A stretch of 64,000 nucleotides of DNA from Cyanophora paradoxa CCMP329 (lineage: Eukaryota > Plantae > Glaucophyta). Shown here piece after piece: positions 1 through 12,229 of the stretch. Position 1 is the first letter of the stretch, and each line of letters begins with the position of its first letter. Below the pieces are notes generated by a model. It searched no databases. It was given only the letters and a program-made list of their open reading frames with translations, and was not told where the DNA came from. The translations under genes and the position numbers were made by a program. Location of the stretch: assembly GCA_004431415.1 (NCBI GenBank), contig QPMI01000297.1:5571-69570 (forward strand), read 5' to 3'.

Positions 1-1982
1 CGCCGCCCCGCGCCCCAGCCCCGCCCTCCTCCCACCCCGCCGCCCCGCCCACGCCGCCGCCGGGTGCGCGGAGGCCAAGGCGGGGCGCACGGCCGCCTGC
101 AGCGGGGGGCCGGCGTACGGGTCGAAGGGGTGCGGCGGCTGCACGTGCGGGCGGCCTCGTGGAGGGCCCCCGGCAGGGGCCGCCCCGCCCCGAACACCTC
201 CCATGCTGCGGCGGCTGCGGCTGGGGCGGCTGCCGGTGCGGGGCCTGCCGCGGCAGCCGCCCCGCCCCGCGCGCCGCACTCTCCTGCCCCTCCTTTTCCC
301 CGCCGAGCTGCCGGTAAGGCGGCTGCGCGAGCGGGGAGCGGGTGTGCGCTGGCGGCTGCTGGTGGCGCAGCTCGTCGCGGCGCGGGGCCGGCTCGGGGTC
401 GGCGACGTGGGCGGCGGCGGCGCTGCGCTCCACGTGGCGCTGGAGCACCTTCTCGTAGTACCCCGCGCTGCGTGCGCGTCAGCCCCTGCCATCCTTCCCC
501 GCTCCCCCGCCCCCGCACCTCGGCGGCGGCTTGCGGCGCTGCGCGGCGGGGCCGAGGGCGGATGCGATGGTGGTGGGACCGGGGCCGGGGCGGGGGCCGG
601 GAGCGGGCGGGTCGTCGCCGAAAAGGGCGGCGCGCGTCTCTGCGTCGATCGCCTGGTTCCAGCTGATGGCGCCGGCCCCGCTCCCCCGCACCCCGCCCCG
701 CGGCCCCTCCTCCCGCCCCTCCTCCGCCGCGCTGCTTACGGAGGCCCGCGGCGGCGCAGCGGCCCCTGCCCGCGCGCCGCCGCGTGTCGGTGCATCGCCG
801 CGGCCGGAGAGGGGCGAGGCGGGGTCGATGGAAGCGGCGCGCGGGGAGACTTGCGCGGGGGCGCCCCTGCGGGACCCAGGCGCGCTCCAGGCGGTGGTGC
901 GCCGGCGAGTCGCGCCCCGGCGTGCGCGGGGGCGGTGAGAGGAGCACCGGCGGCGGGCCGCGCTGCCGCGCGGGCCCCGAGGGGGCGACGGGCTCGCCCC
1001 GGGCGAGTGGGCCGCGCGGGGCGGGGCGTCGGGGAGGGCGGCGGGGCTCGCGGAGGGTGGCCTCCGGGGCCGGCGAGGGCGAGGGCGGCGTGGCCGGCCC
1101 CGCGGCGGCACGGCGCCCGACGCGAGCCTCGGGAGCTGCCGGCGGCGGAGGCGCCGCGGGGTGCGGCGGCGAGGGGCCGGGGCTCGGGGCTGGGATGGGG
1201 CGCGGGGCGGGGGCGGGGCGGGGGGCGGGGATGGCGGCGTGCTGGACGAGAACCTGCGGGCAGTCAGGCGGGCGGCTGCGCGGGGCGGGGCGCCGGCCGG
1301 CCCGCGCCTCGCCATCGCGCCGGAGGAGCACGTCCAGACCTCCGCCCCGGCCCGCCCTGCGCGCCCCGCTCCGGTGTCGGCGCAGGCGCGGGCGGGGCGC
1401 GCGGGCGGGGCCGCACGGGCTCGACGCGGATGCGCAGGCGCCGCCCGTCGGGACGCAAAACTGTCAAAGCCACCTCCTCTCCCTCCCCGTCTCCGCCCGG
1501 TGCAGGCCCGGCGACGGCGCAGCGGACGGCGGCGCGGCATCGGAGGTGGCGGGGAGTGGTGGGGCGGGGCCGGGGCCGGGGGGGGCGGGGGCCGGGGCGG
1601 GTGGCCTGCGGGCCGGGGGCGCGATGAGAAAGCCGACGGGTGCGGTGCGGGACGCGCGCCTCCGGCGCCCGCGTCGCCCCCGGCTCCCGCCGGGCCGGGC
1701 CCGCCCCGAACCGGCCGCACCGGGCGCGGGCGGCGCGGGGGAGGGGGCAGTAGAGGTGGGGGCGGGGGCCGGGGAGGGCGGGGGCCCGGGCGGCCCGGCG
1801 GGGGCGGCGAGGCGGGGCTCCTCGAGGGCGGCCCGCGGGCCCTTGCGCTCCGGCCGCTCCGAGTGGCGCGGCGAGGCCGGCTTGCTCGGCCCGGCGACCA
1901 GAAGAGCAGGTGCGTCGGCCGCTCCGTCGTGGCCCCCGCCCGCTCCCCGTGCTCTCGTACAGCGCGCGCTCCCGCCCGCCGC

Positions 1983-2013
<31 letters not shown>

Positions 2014-2522
2014 ACGGGCCGCGGGATCGAAGCCTGCGTCGCCGGGGCCGGTGGCAGCGCCGGCGCCGGAGTCGGCGCCGCCGTGGGGTGCGCAGCAGGG
2101 CTCGCTGCCGGAAGAGGGGTCGACGAGGCCGCTGGCGCTGGCGCGGTGGGCGGCGCGCGGGGGGCGGGCGGTGCTCGCGGGACGGAGTAGGAGAAGCTCT
2201 GGTTCACAGCCCGCTGGACAGCTGGCTTAGCTGGCTCCGGCACATCTGCTGGAGCCGGCTCCGGGGCGTAATCTGCTTCTTCTCCATGAACGAAGCTCGG
2301 AAGCGGGGCCGGAAGTGAGCGTAGCGGCAGGCGGGCAGGCCGCTGCTCTGCACGCTCTAGCTTTGCTGGCTCGACCGCGGGTCCCTCGCCTCCTGGGGCC
2401 TCGTCCACTGTATCTAATGCATCCGGCCGAGAAAACGAGTCCATCTCGGCCCCCGGGTCAGTCGTGTCGGCCTCGGTGCTGTGCTGGTGGGCCGGGTGCT
2501 GGGTTGCGTCAGCTTCTTCCAT
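1..2522 (-). CDS. Multi-exon Pro/Ala-rich protein of unknown function; 3' end probably lies outside the window
   Basis: ATG at 2522 (MEEADATQHPAHQHSTEAD...), followed by coding-like segments (ISWNQAIDAETRAALFGDD, GYYEKVLQRHVERS) separated by short GC-rich introns. No domain recognised. Confidence 0.55.
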
Positions 2523-2986
2523 GCTGTAAGCTGTGCATGCTGCGCTTGTTGTTTGAAAGAGAAGAAAGGTGGCCTTACGTATACTAGAAGAAAATAGTGC
2601 CTTCGGCTGGGTACGCAAATTGCGATCCAAAGCTAAGCGCTGCCGCAGGCGAGCGCGCAACGTGAAAGAAGGATCGATCATTGAAGGCATCTCAACCACG
2701 AGCGCGTCACGATCGACCTGTGCATCTGAGCGAATCGCTTGCTCGTCGGCCGCGCGGCCAGCGCGTCGGCTGCGCCCACTCCCTGGTCGCGCTACGCAAG
2801 ACTCCTGCCGCGACCTGCACCCGCAAGATCTGAGCGCGCCACCAGCCTCTCCCCGCCTCTCCCCACCCGCGAACCACCCGGTGCGCCAGTACGAGCACTG
2901 TCACAATCAAGCGCGCCTCACCGCACCGCTCGCGCCTCTGGACCTCGCAGCCAGGCACCACGTGTTCGCAGCCAGGCCGCGGCGTG

Positions 2987-5900
2987 ATGGAGAAGAAGGC
3001 CGGCGTTCGCTATCGGTCCGTTCTAACTGCCCGGCGGGGTCGCACCGCCTCCAGCCCCCCGCGCCGCCCGCCGCGAGCTATAGACTGCCCGCGCCGGCGC
3101 CAGCGGGGAGAAAGCTTGGGTGGGAGGGGAAGGCGGCCGCGGGCGGGCGGGGGGGGGGCCCGGTGGAGGGGCGCGGGACGGCGGGGAAGCCGGCGAGGGC
3201 GAGCTGCGCGAGGAACTGCTGCTGGAACGCGAGCTAGCTGCCCGGCGGGGTCGCACTGCCTCCAGCCGCCCCGCGCCGTTCTAAACTGCCCGGCGGAGTC
3301 GCACCAACTCCACCCCGCGCAGGGTGGTCACCTTCACAGGCGACAAGCTCGGGGCCGGGACATCGGCAAACGTGTTTCTATCTGTACGCGACGCGCAGGA
3401 GGACCGCGGGGCGGGCTGAGGCGGGGTGGGGCGCGCGGCAGGTGAATGGCTCGAACGGGATCCTGAAGAAGGTGCCGCTGGAGAGCGAGGTGACGGGGAA
3501 GGAGCGGGAAGACCTCTTCGACCGGGCCGGCGTCGACTCCTTCGACATCGTCTCCGGCGACCTTGGCGACATCGAGAGCATATCCCTGGAGCACGACAAC
3601 CGCGGCTTTGGCAGCGGCTGGTTCCTCGACCGCGTCCGCCCACCCCCCAGCGCCCCGCCCCGCCCCCGGCCGCCGAAGCCGGCGGCAGGTCGTCATCAAA
3701 GCGTACTCGCTCCCGGCGACGCGGCCGCCGACGCCGACGGCGCCGCTGGAGGGGGCCGGGGCGGGGGAGGCGGAGGGGGGGCGGGAGTCGCCGGCGCCAG
3801 AGCACGAGTGGTCCTTCCTGTGCGGCCGCTGGCTCGCGACGGATGAGGAGTGCGCGGGGCGGGGGCGGGGGCGGGCCGGGGCGGGGCGGGGGGTGACGGG
3901 GCCGGCGCAGCGACGGGTCGCTGGTGCGGGAGCTGCACCCCGTCAACGCCGTCGTCGAGCGCGCCTCCGTCGAGGACGGCGGGGCAACCCTCCAGCGCCG
4001 GCCCCCCGGCGCCCCGCGCCCCGCCCTCCACCTCAGCGCCCACGGCGCCAGCGTCCAGATCGTCGGGCGGCCCGTCGGCGGGGCGGCCTTCGCCGTGCTG
4101 CGGGTGGCGGTCGTGGAGTGCACGGGGCTGCGCTGCGGCCCGATGGGCGGGGCCGTCGAGGTCTCCGTCGCCCTCACCCTGCACGGCGTCGAGGCCCAGA
4201 CGGGCGTCGCGGCGGCGACGGGGACCGACGCCGCCCACTTGAACGAGGAGTTCTACCTGCCGCTGGTGGAGCCGCGGGGGTGCCTACTGGTGCGGGTGCT
4301 GGAGCACGGGGAGGCGGGGGCGGAGGGGGAGGTCGCCGGCTGCGCGCGCGTGCCCCTCTGCGACGAGCTCCTCGACGGGCGGCCCCGCGACCGCCTCTAC
4401 GAGCTCCGCGCCCGCCGCTGGGCCTTCACGCCCCTCTACGCCACCGAGGGCCCCGAGGGCGGCCGGCGGCGGGGCAAGGAGCGGGAGGGGCGGGGGCGGG
4501 TGCGGCTGGAGCTGCAGCTGCTGCTCGCCAGCTGGCCCGCCTTCCTCAAGAACCACCTGCTCCCCTACTTCGTCCGCCCCCGCCCGCCCCGCGCCCCGCG
4601 CCCCGCTCCCGAGCCCGAGTCGCCGGCAGCCGGATCCCAGCGGCGAGGCGCCCCGGGCGGAGGAGTTCTCCTGGGACGAGTTCAAGGCGAACGTGCGCCG
4701 TGCCGGGGCCGCGCGGGCGGACGGGGCGGCGGGGGCCGAGGGGCGGGGCGCTGCTGGGGCAGGTGGAGCGCTCGGCGGCGGTGATCGCGCTCTTCCGGCC
4801 GGCGTTCGACTTCGCGGAGGGGGTGCTAGCCTGGCGCAGCCCGCTCCTCACCGTGCTGCCCCCGGCCCCCGCGCATTCCGGCCCGGCCCGACGCGCCCCG
4901 CTCCGCCCCAGGTCGCCTCCCTGATCGTCTCGGCGGCCCTCGCCTTTCACATTCATCTCGCCCCCGCGCTCCTGGTCCTGCGCGCTCCGCCCCCCCCGTC
5001 GCTCCGCCGCCGCCGTGACGCCGCGCAGGTACCTCGCGATCGCAATCGCGACGCCGCCGCTGCAGGCCCGCGCTGCCGAGCGCCGCGCCAAGGCCGCCGC
5101 CCGCGCCGCCGCCGCCGCCCGGCCGCGCGCCCGAGGCGGCGCCTCCCGGGGCGGGGTCGCCGGTGGGGAAGCGGCAGCGGCGCTCGCCGCTGGTGCGGGC
5201 GATGGGGCTGAGCAGCGGAGAGGCGGCCGCCTCCTCCGCATCCGCCTCCGACTCGTGCGCCTGCCGCCGCGCCGTCTCCGACGCCTCCGTCGACCGCCCG
5301 GCAGGGAGGGGCGCAAAGCGGGGGCCCCGGGGGCGAGGGCGGGGCGGGGCAAGAAGAAAGGGGGGCGCGGGGCGGGGGCGGGGGCGGGGCGCTCGAAGTC
5401 GGGCTCGTCGGCGTCGTCGTCGGGGGGCTCGTCGAGCTCGAGGGAGGGCCTGGTGGAGCGCTTCGAGCGCGTGCGCGCCCGCATGTTCGAGATCCAGCGC
5501 GGCATGGACGCCGTCTGCACCCTCGTCGAGCGCTGCCAGGCCCTCGGCTCCCCCGCCTCCCCCGCCCGCAGCGCCCTCGCCGTCGCCGCTCTCCTCCTTC
5601 TCTTCCTTCTCCTCGTCCTGCTCCCGGGCCGCTGGCTCGCCCTCGCCGCCATCGCCGTCGTGCGTGCCGTTGGTGGCCGGCGTGTGGCCGGGGAGGCGCG
5701 CCTGATGGAGCGCGCGCAGGTGTACACCGTCCACTTCAGGCCCGAGGAGAGGTCCCGCCCCGCCCGCTCGCCCCCGAGGCCTCCCCGTGCCGCCTCTCAT
5801 GCTCGCGCAGCCCCCTCTCCGCCTTCTTCCGCCGCCTCCCCGACCGCCGGCCTGCCCTCCCCGCCTCCCCCTTCACCGAGCTGCACCCGGAGCCGGCGCC

Positions 5901-6107
5901 CGTGCTGCGCCGGCCCTCCGCCCCGCCCCGCGCCCCCCGCTCGGAGTCCTTCAGGGTGCCCCGCCCCGCCCCGAACCCCCGATCCGCCTCCTTCTCCGCC
6001 CGCTCCCTCGCCCCCTGACCCTCAAGATCCCCTCGCCCCTTTGCTCCCCCCGCCGCCGTGAACGCTGTGTGCCGTATCTGCCCCAGAGAGTCCCCAGCCC
6101 CATTTAG
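2987..6107 (+). CDS. PLAT/LH2 + C2 + PRT_C transmembrane protein (MCTP-like)
   Basis: Spliced N-terminus MEKKAGVRYR|VVTFTGDKLGAGTSANVFLS...DLFDRAGVDSFDIVSGDLGDIESISLEHDNRGFGSGWFLDRV...FLCGRWLA is a PLAT domain. LRVAVVECTGL...HLNEEFYLPL...LLVRVLEH is a C2 domain. RMFEIQRGMDAVCTLVERCQAL, a hydrophobic helix and AFFRRLPT resemble the PRT_C C-terminus of MCTP proteins. 3' end approximate. Confidence 0.75.
3020..3322 (+). repeat. Three copies of a ~45-bp unit within intron 1 (3016-3322) of the PLAT-C2 gene
   Basis: Core ctgcccggcgg(g/a)gtcgcac...cccgcgc(c/a)g at ~3020, ~3233 and ~3278. Confidence 0.85.
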
Positions 6108-6225
6108 TGTCCACTGGGATCCGGAGGCCGCTGACGGGCGCTAGAGCATGATCAGCCATGATGCCGTGAGGCGGGTGAAAGCTCGACACGGCTTCCCGCT
6201 TTCGACAAGCAGCTGGCTAGCGCCT

Positions 6226-8391
6226 TCAGAAGTCGAAGATCTCGTTGGGGGAGAGGGGCCCCGTGAGGTTCTTCTCGCGCAGGCGCCGCTCCTGCGGGGC
6301 GGTGAGCGGGGCATGCGGAGGGCCGGCGGCGGGCTGCGCGCCTGGTAGTACTCGAGGGCCTCCAGGCGCGCCTGCCGCCGCGCGAAGGCCGCCCCCACAG
6401 CCTCCCTGCCGCCCCTCGTCAGAGCACCGCCGACGGGGCGCAGCGGTCGCGCACAGAGCCTGGCGCTCGTCGACGGCGGCGGCGGCGGCGAGGCGGCGGC
6501 GCGGGGCGTCGCGGGGTCGGCGAGGGCGGCACGGGCCGCGTCGAGGTCGATCTCCTCGCTGCGGGGCGTCGGGGACGGGGCCGTGGGGCGGGGCGGGGCG
6601 GGGGCGGACCTGGCGGCGCGCCAGGCGGCGAGGCGGGCGAGGGCTGCCTCCACCACCGCCGCCTCGTTCTCCGGCGAGACGGCCCGCTTGAAGTGCCCTG
6701 CTCCCCCCCCGTCTGCGCCGCCCCGCCGGGCCCGGGGCGAAGGGCCGGCGGACCCTCCCAGGCGTCGGCGCGGAAGAGAGGCTCCAGGTGGAAGCAGTCG
6801 GGCCCGTCGAGCGCGACCAGGCGTGCGTACGCGAGGAAGTCGGCTGCGGGGCGGCGCTCGCAGAGGGCGGCGGGGCGGCCGGTGCGGGGCCCGGACCTTC
6901 GGGCTCGCCGTCTGTGCCCACGTAGTCGACCGGCCTGCGCGGCGTCAGGACGGCGGCCGCGGAGGGCCGGCCGGCGGCGCACCCAAATGGCTCCTCCGGA
7001 GAGAGGGAGAAGACCTCGCGTTGGGTCGGGGAGGAAGGGGGGGGGGGGGGGGGGGCGGGGGCGGGGCGGGGGGGGGCGGGGCGGGGGGGGTGGGGAGCGG
7101 CGGGGCGAGGGGGCACCTCGCGGGGCCCGTAGCCGGCGCTCGCGGCGACCTCGAGGCGGTCGAAGGCGAAGCGCACTGTCGGCTCCAGCGCGAGGGCGAA
7201 CGCCAGCGCCGGCCCGGGCGCGCGCAGGCCGTAGTCCAGGGGCAGCAGCGCCCCCGGCCCGTACGACATCTCCACCGCCTCACCCGCCGAGTGCGCCCGG
7301 CCCGCCTCCAGCTTCACCACCGCCTCCCCGCCCTGCAGCCCCGCTCGCCCAGGCCCCGCCTGGCGCCCGGCAGCCGGCGGGGCGGGCGCACCATGCCGAG
7401 GATGCCGCCGACCTTGCCGAGCTGCAGCTCGGCGCCGGGGCCGGGGGCCGGAGCGGCGGCGGCGCCGGGGACGAGCATGCAGCGGGTGGTGGTGCCGGAG
7501 CGGACGGGGAAGCAGCGTGCGCGGGCGGTGGCGTAGGCGCGGAGGAGGTCCTCGAGGGTCGGCTTCGCGCCGAAGAGGGCGGCCTCCTCGAGGGCCTCCT
7601 CCAGCGCCGCGTACACCCCGGCCACGTACGCCCGCCGCTCCCCCGTCGCCTCCCCCAGCACCGTCCCCGCCGCCCCCGCCAGCTCCTCCTCGCTCCTGCG
7701 CCCCGTCACGCCCCCGCCCCGCCCCGCCCCGACCCGTGCCCCGCGCGCCAGAAGAGCGGGGCGTCGCAGGGTGCCTCCACGGCCTCGAGGATTGGCGCGT
7801 ACTGCGACTTCTCGCCCCTCGCGCGCTCATGCAGCAGCTGCAGCGCAATTGCCATGTGCTGCACCCGCGCCCGACGGTCGGCCCCAGCGAAGCGCGCGGC
7901 CGGCGGAGTGGGGAAGGGGCGCGGGCGGAGGGGAAGTACGAACGTCCTCCGCGATGTCGTACTCGGCGAGGAGAGGGCCGATCTCGGATTTTTGAGCCGA
8001 TTCTTTGGACATGCAAAGCCGCTCAGGCACGCTAAAGACGAGCTCTCCCTTGCTGAGCGCCCCGTCCGCCTTCAGAACGCCCCCCTCCCGCTTTACCTTC
8101 TTGCCTAGCGTCTCGACCGGTTTCGCTGCCTGCGCGCTCGTGCGCTCTCAACCTGACGCACTCTGGTGGCGGGGCAGTTATTGAGGGGCGCCTCCGTACC
8201 GCGACGGCGTGAAACCGAATAATAGAGCGCTTGCAACTGGAGATCTGCAGCCGGGACACAGGCCGGACCGCCGGCGCACCCAAGAAGTCGGACCTCCGCG
8301 CGCATCTCGCGGATGGTGAAGACTGACCCGGCGCCACTTGCCTAAAACGCGCGGCCTCCTCGAGGGGCGCGGCAGCTGCCAGGAAGGCCAT
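6226..8391 (-). CDS. LSMT: Plastid-targeted SET-domain protein lysine methyltransferase (Rubisco LSMT-like)
   Basis: N-terminal MAFLAAAAP transit-like peptide; SET C-terminal GEAVEMSYG...LPLDYG; substrate-binding domain FLAYARLVALDGPDCFHLEPLFRADAW; C-terminal LEYYQARRLREKNL matching the plant LSMT tail LEYYQERRL. Confidence 0.85.
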
Positions 8392-8654
8392 TTCGACTAG
8401 GGAGCTAGCGCGGCGTGCGAACGAAGTGCGCTTACCCCCGGCCCCCAAGTTTGCTTGCGCTAGGCGGTGCACTTCGAGAAACATACAGGCTGCAGACAGA
8501 ACACCTTCAGCTAGACGGATCTCAACTTTCGGGCTCCAGTTCGTGGGATTGGACCACGAGCCTCGATCGCACCGTGGCACCGAGTCGCACGAGGGGGGGG
8601 GGGGGGGGGGGGTACTCACGGTGGAGGCTGGCGGCGCCTGGCGCGGCACCTCCG

Positions 8655-11600
8655 ATGGAGTTTCCGGCATGTCTCGCACGCTACAAGGTAGGTAGTGCTC
8701 CCCACTGGCCCCTTTAGCAGCCGGCCCTTGACGGCCAACGCCGGGCGTCCGCGCGCTCACTGCCGCCCTGCGCAGGAATGCCTGGACCAGGCGATTGCTC
8801 TGAACGCGTTCGACAAGGCCCGCGAGTACTGCGTCAGTAAGATGCAGCGCCAGGCGCCGGCGAAAAGCGAGGCGGCGGCAAACGAAGAAGCCGCGCTCAC
8901 GCTTGCGTTCCGAATGAAGCTGGAGACGATCATGGTACGCGGGGACCGCACCGCGGCTCGTTCGGGGCCGACGTGGCGCAGGGGTCGGCGCTGCAGCGCG
9001 GCGTGAGCCTGCAGGACGCCGGCTTCGATCTTCTGATGGACGTGGCGGTGGGCGTGGCGGAGGCGGGGCTGCTAGACCCGACGGCTATCTTTCAGCTGCT
9101 GAGTGACGCGGCGGAGGGCCAGACGGTGCGGCACTGCGAGCAGGTCTTCCGGTACCTCGAGGAGCGGCAGGCCTCCCTCACGAAGGCGCGCCCGCCGCGC
9201 CGCGCCGTCCGCGGGGCGGCGAAGGGCGCGCAGGAACTCTTCGTGGGGAAGCAGGCGGGGCGGCTGCAGCTCCTCAAGCTCTGCAACGAGCTGCTGCGGC
9301 GCCTCTCCAAGGCGGCGAACACTGTCCTCTGCGGGCGCATCCTCGTGCTCCTGGCGTTCGCGATCCCGCTGACGGAGAAGTCCGGGGTGAACCTGGCGGG
9401 GCGCTTCAACGAGGGGAACGTGACGGTGGTGGAGGGCGGGGGCGAGGAGGGCCCCATCGCGAGCGACGCCCTCGCCGAAATCGCCCTCGCCGAGGAGCTC
9501 CGCCAGCACTCCGCCGGCCCGCCCCGCCCGCCCCGCCCCGCCCGCCCGCCCGCCCGCCCCTGACGCCGCGCAGAGGCGGCGCCCATCGACTACGCGTTCC
9601 ACCGCACCTTCTGGTCTCTCCAGAAGTACTTCGCCAACCCCGCCCTTGCTGTCCAGGCGCCCTCCCGCGCCCCGCCCCGCCGCGCCCTGTGCCGGGCGGG
9701 CCTAACGCGAGGCAGGCGGAGGGGATGGCGCGCATGCTCGCCGACCTCGAGACGGTCCTCGCCTGCTTTGACAGGTGCCCCGCCCGCCGCCGGCCCCGCC
9801 CACGCCGCCGGCGCCGAGCGGAAGCAGCCACTCGCTGGGGGACGCGGAGGAGGGGGACGAGGAGAAGGGGGAGGGGTACGCGGTGGCGGACAACTCGTCG
9901 TTCGTCAAGTTCCTCACCTCGTCGCGCCTCATGTCCCTCCAGGCGCGCCCCGCCCCGCCCCGCCCCGCCCCGCCCCGCCCCGCCCCGCCCCGGGGGCCGA
10001 GCGCGACGGGGCGCAGGTGAACGACCCGTACTTTCGCCGCCACGTCCTCCTCCAGTTCCTCGTCCTCTTCCAGGCCCGCCCGCCCCCCCGCCCGCCCACG
10101 CACCGCTCATGCCCGTGCAGTACCTGCGGACGGGGAAGAAGCTCGAGGCACAGGCGCCGGCGACGCCGCTCGGCTCGACCACCTTCCTCCGCACCAAGGC
10201 CCTCGTGCGCCCCGCAGACGCCCGCCGCGCCGCCGCCCCGCCCCTGAGCGCCCCGCAGGAGGAGCGCGTGGTGGGCGCAGAGGCGCGCATCTACGGGCTG
10301 CTCGAGCGCACGCCGCCGCGGGGCCGCCAGTTCCGCGAGCTCGTTCGCCAGTCCCTCCACCGCGAGCTTAACTGGGTGCGCCCGCCCGCCCGCCCGCCCG
10401 GCCGGCCGCCCACGCGCCCGCCGCCGCCGCCGCCTCCGCCTCCGCCTCAGCCGCCGCCGCTGCCGCCGCTGCCGCCGCCGCCGCCGCGCCTCACGCTGCG
10501 CAGGTCGCCTGGAAGAACAAAAGCTGCTTCAACTTTGAGCGGGGCGGGGCCGCCCCAGCCACCCCCGACGGCCCTTCGTCCGCCAAGAAGCGCAAGGCAG
10601 CTGTGCGATGCTTCGCTTCCTTTTCCGCCAGGGCCGCCGCGGAGGGAGCCGGTGCGCAGGGCTCGGACGGCGGGGCAGGGCGGCGGGCGGCGGGGCCGGC
10701 GGCCGGGGCCGTGGACATCGCGAAGAAGCTGGACGCGAGCACGAACACTGCGGCGGTGCGCGGGGCGGGGCGGGGCGGGGCGGGGCTGGGCGGGGCGGGG
10801 CGGGGCGGGGCTTGAAGGGGCGGGGCGGGGCGTGAAGGGGCGGGGCGGGGCGGGGCGGGGCGGGGCGGGGCGGGGCGGGGCGGAGCGTGAAGGGGCGGCG
10901 GGGCGCAGCTTACAGACGCGGGGCGGCTGCCGGCGGTGTCGCTGGAGAAAATGCTAGAGCCGGTGCGCGAGGAGGCCGACCCCCAGCACGCCATCGAGGA
11001 GGAGTACAAGCTCAAGCGCAACAAGGCAAGGCCCGCCCCCGCGCCCCGCCGCCTATGCTCGAGCAGCGCGCAGAAGTTCGTGTGGCGCCTGCTGCGCGTC
11101 ATGAAGCGCGAGGACATGAACATGGTCGAGGCGCGCCTGCCCCGCCCCGCCCGAGCGGCCGCACAGCGCCCCGGCTGAGCGGCGCGCAGACGCTCGCCAC
11201 CAAGGGCGACCTCGACGCCGTCATCCGGCCCGCCCCGCGCCCCCTGCCGCCCCGGCCGCTGCCGGCCCCGCCGCCCCCGCCGCCTCACCCGCCGCCTCCG
11301 CACCCTCACCCGTCCCTGCCGTGAGCCTGCGCAGCGCTCCGCGTCGGGCTCCGCCGACGCCTGCCCCTGCAGGATGCCTCAAAGGCGCCGCACGTGCCCG
11401 GCGCGGTCCCCGGCGGCGCCCCGGCGGCCGGACCGCCGAAGGGGCCCGCCGCCGAGGGGGCGGGCCCGAGGGTAGGGATGGGGACGAGCTGGAGCAGGCG
11501 CCGGCGGCGGAGCCGGTGCCAGAGGTGCCCGAGGGGGAGGGCGGGGAGGGGGCGGAGGGCGAGGGGGCGGAGGACGGGGAGGCCCCTTCCGCGATGGCCG

Positions 11601-11989
11601 TCGACCAGGCGCCCCCGGCCCCGCCCGCCGTCCCGCGCCCCTGACCCCGCCGGCAGGAGGGAGGCCCCGCGGAGGGCGCCGACGCCGAGGGAGATGCCGA
11701 GGGGGACGGGGAGGGCGAAGGCGGGCGGCGTGCGGGGGCGGGCGTGGAGCGGCGGCGGCGGGGCCGATCGCCGGCACACTCGGAGGCGGGCTCGCGCGGG
11801 GAGGAGGGCGAGGTCTCCGTCGCCGTCGACATTGACGACGCCGGCGCCGCCAGGCACCCGCCCACGCCCGCCCCCCGCTCCCTCTCCTGACCCCGCTCCC
11901 CGTCCTGACCTAACCGCAGCGACACGAGCGCCGGCCCGCCGGGCGCCGGACCCGACGCCAAGGCGGAAGAGGGCGAGCTTGCCGAGTAG
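8655..11989 (+). CDS. THOC1: THO complex subunit 1 (Hpr1)
   Basis: MEFPACLARYK|ECLDQAI...; conserved LLKLCNELLRRLSKAANTVLCGRILVLLAFAIPLTEKSGVNLAGRFN, FHRTFWSLQKYFANP, FVKFLTSSRLMSLQ|VNDPYFRRHVLLQFLVLFQ|YL, ELNW|VAWKNKSC, EEEYKLK; acidic tail. Confidence 0.93.
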
Positions 11990-12054
11990 ACCAGCGCTTG
12001 GCAGAGCAAAGGAATACGCATTGGACGCGCGATGCCCTCTAATTGTTTAACTGA

Positions 12055-12171
12055 CAGCATATCTGTGATCTACGCTGGGCGCAATTGACAAAGCGGCTCT
12101 CTAGCTGTTCAGAGATCGCAGCACATCTGTGATCTATCATAGTATGCTGGGCGCAACTGACAAGGCGGCTC
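12055..12171. repeat. Imperfect direct repeat of ~45-53 bp
   Basis: cagca(t/c)atctgtgatcta...gctgggcgcaa(t/c)tgacaa(a/g)gcggctc at ~12055 and ~12119. Confidence 0.8.
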
Positions 12172-12229
12172 GAAATCGAAGTGGACGCAGAGCGAGATCG
12201 CTTGCTCTTTCTGGCTGAGTGCGGCCCTA

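Noticed and set aside
1687-1697. ccg-c-cgg-g-ccg match to the scar motif inside the first gene
   Set aside because: An all-GC motif in very GC-rich sequence is expected by chance, so it was not counted.
1-12000. Many long overlapping six-frame ORFs rich in Arg/Gly/Pro/Ala
   Set aside because: Artefact of extreme GC content (few stop codons); the real genes are spliced and cross frames.
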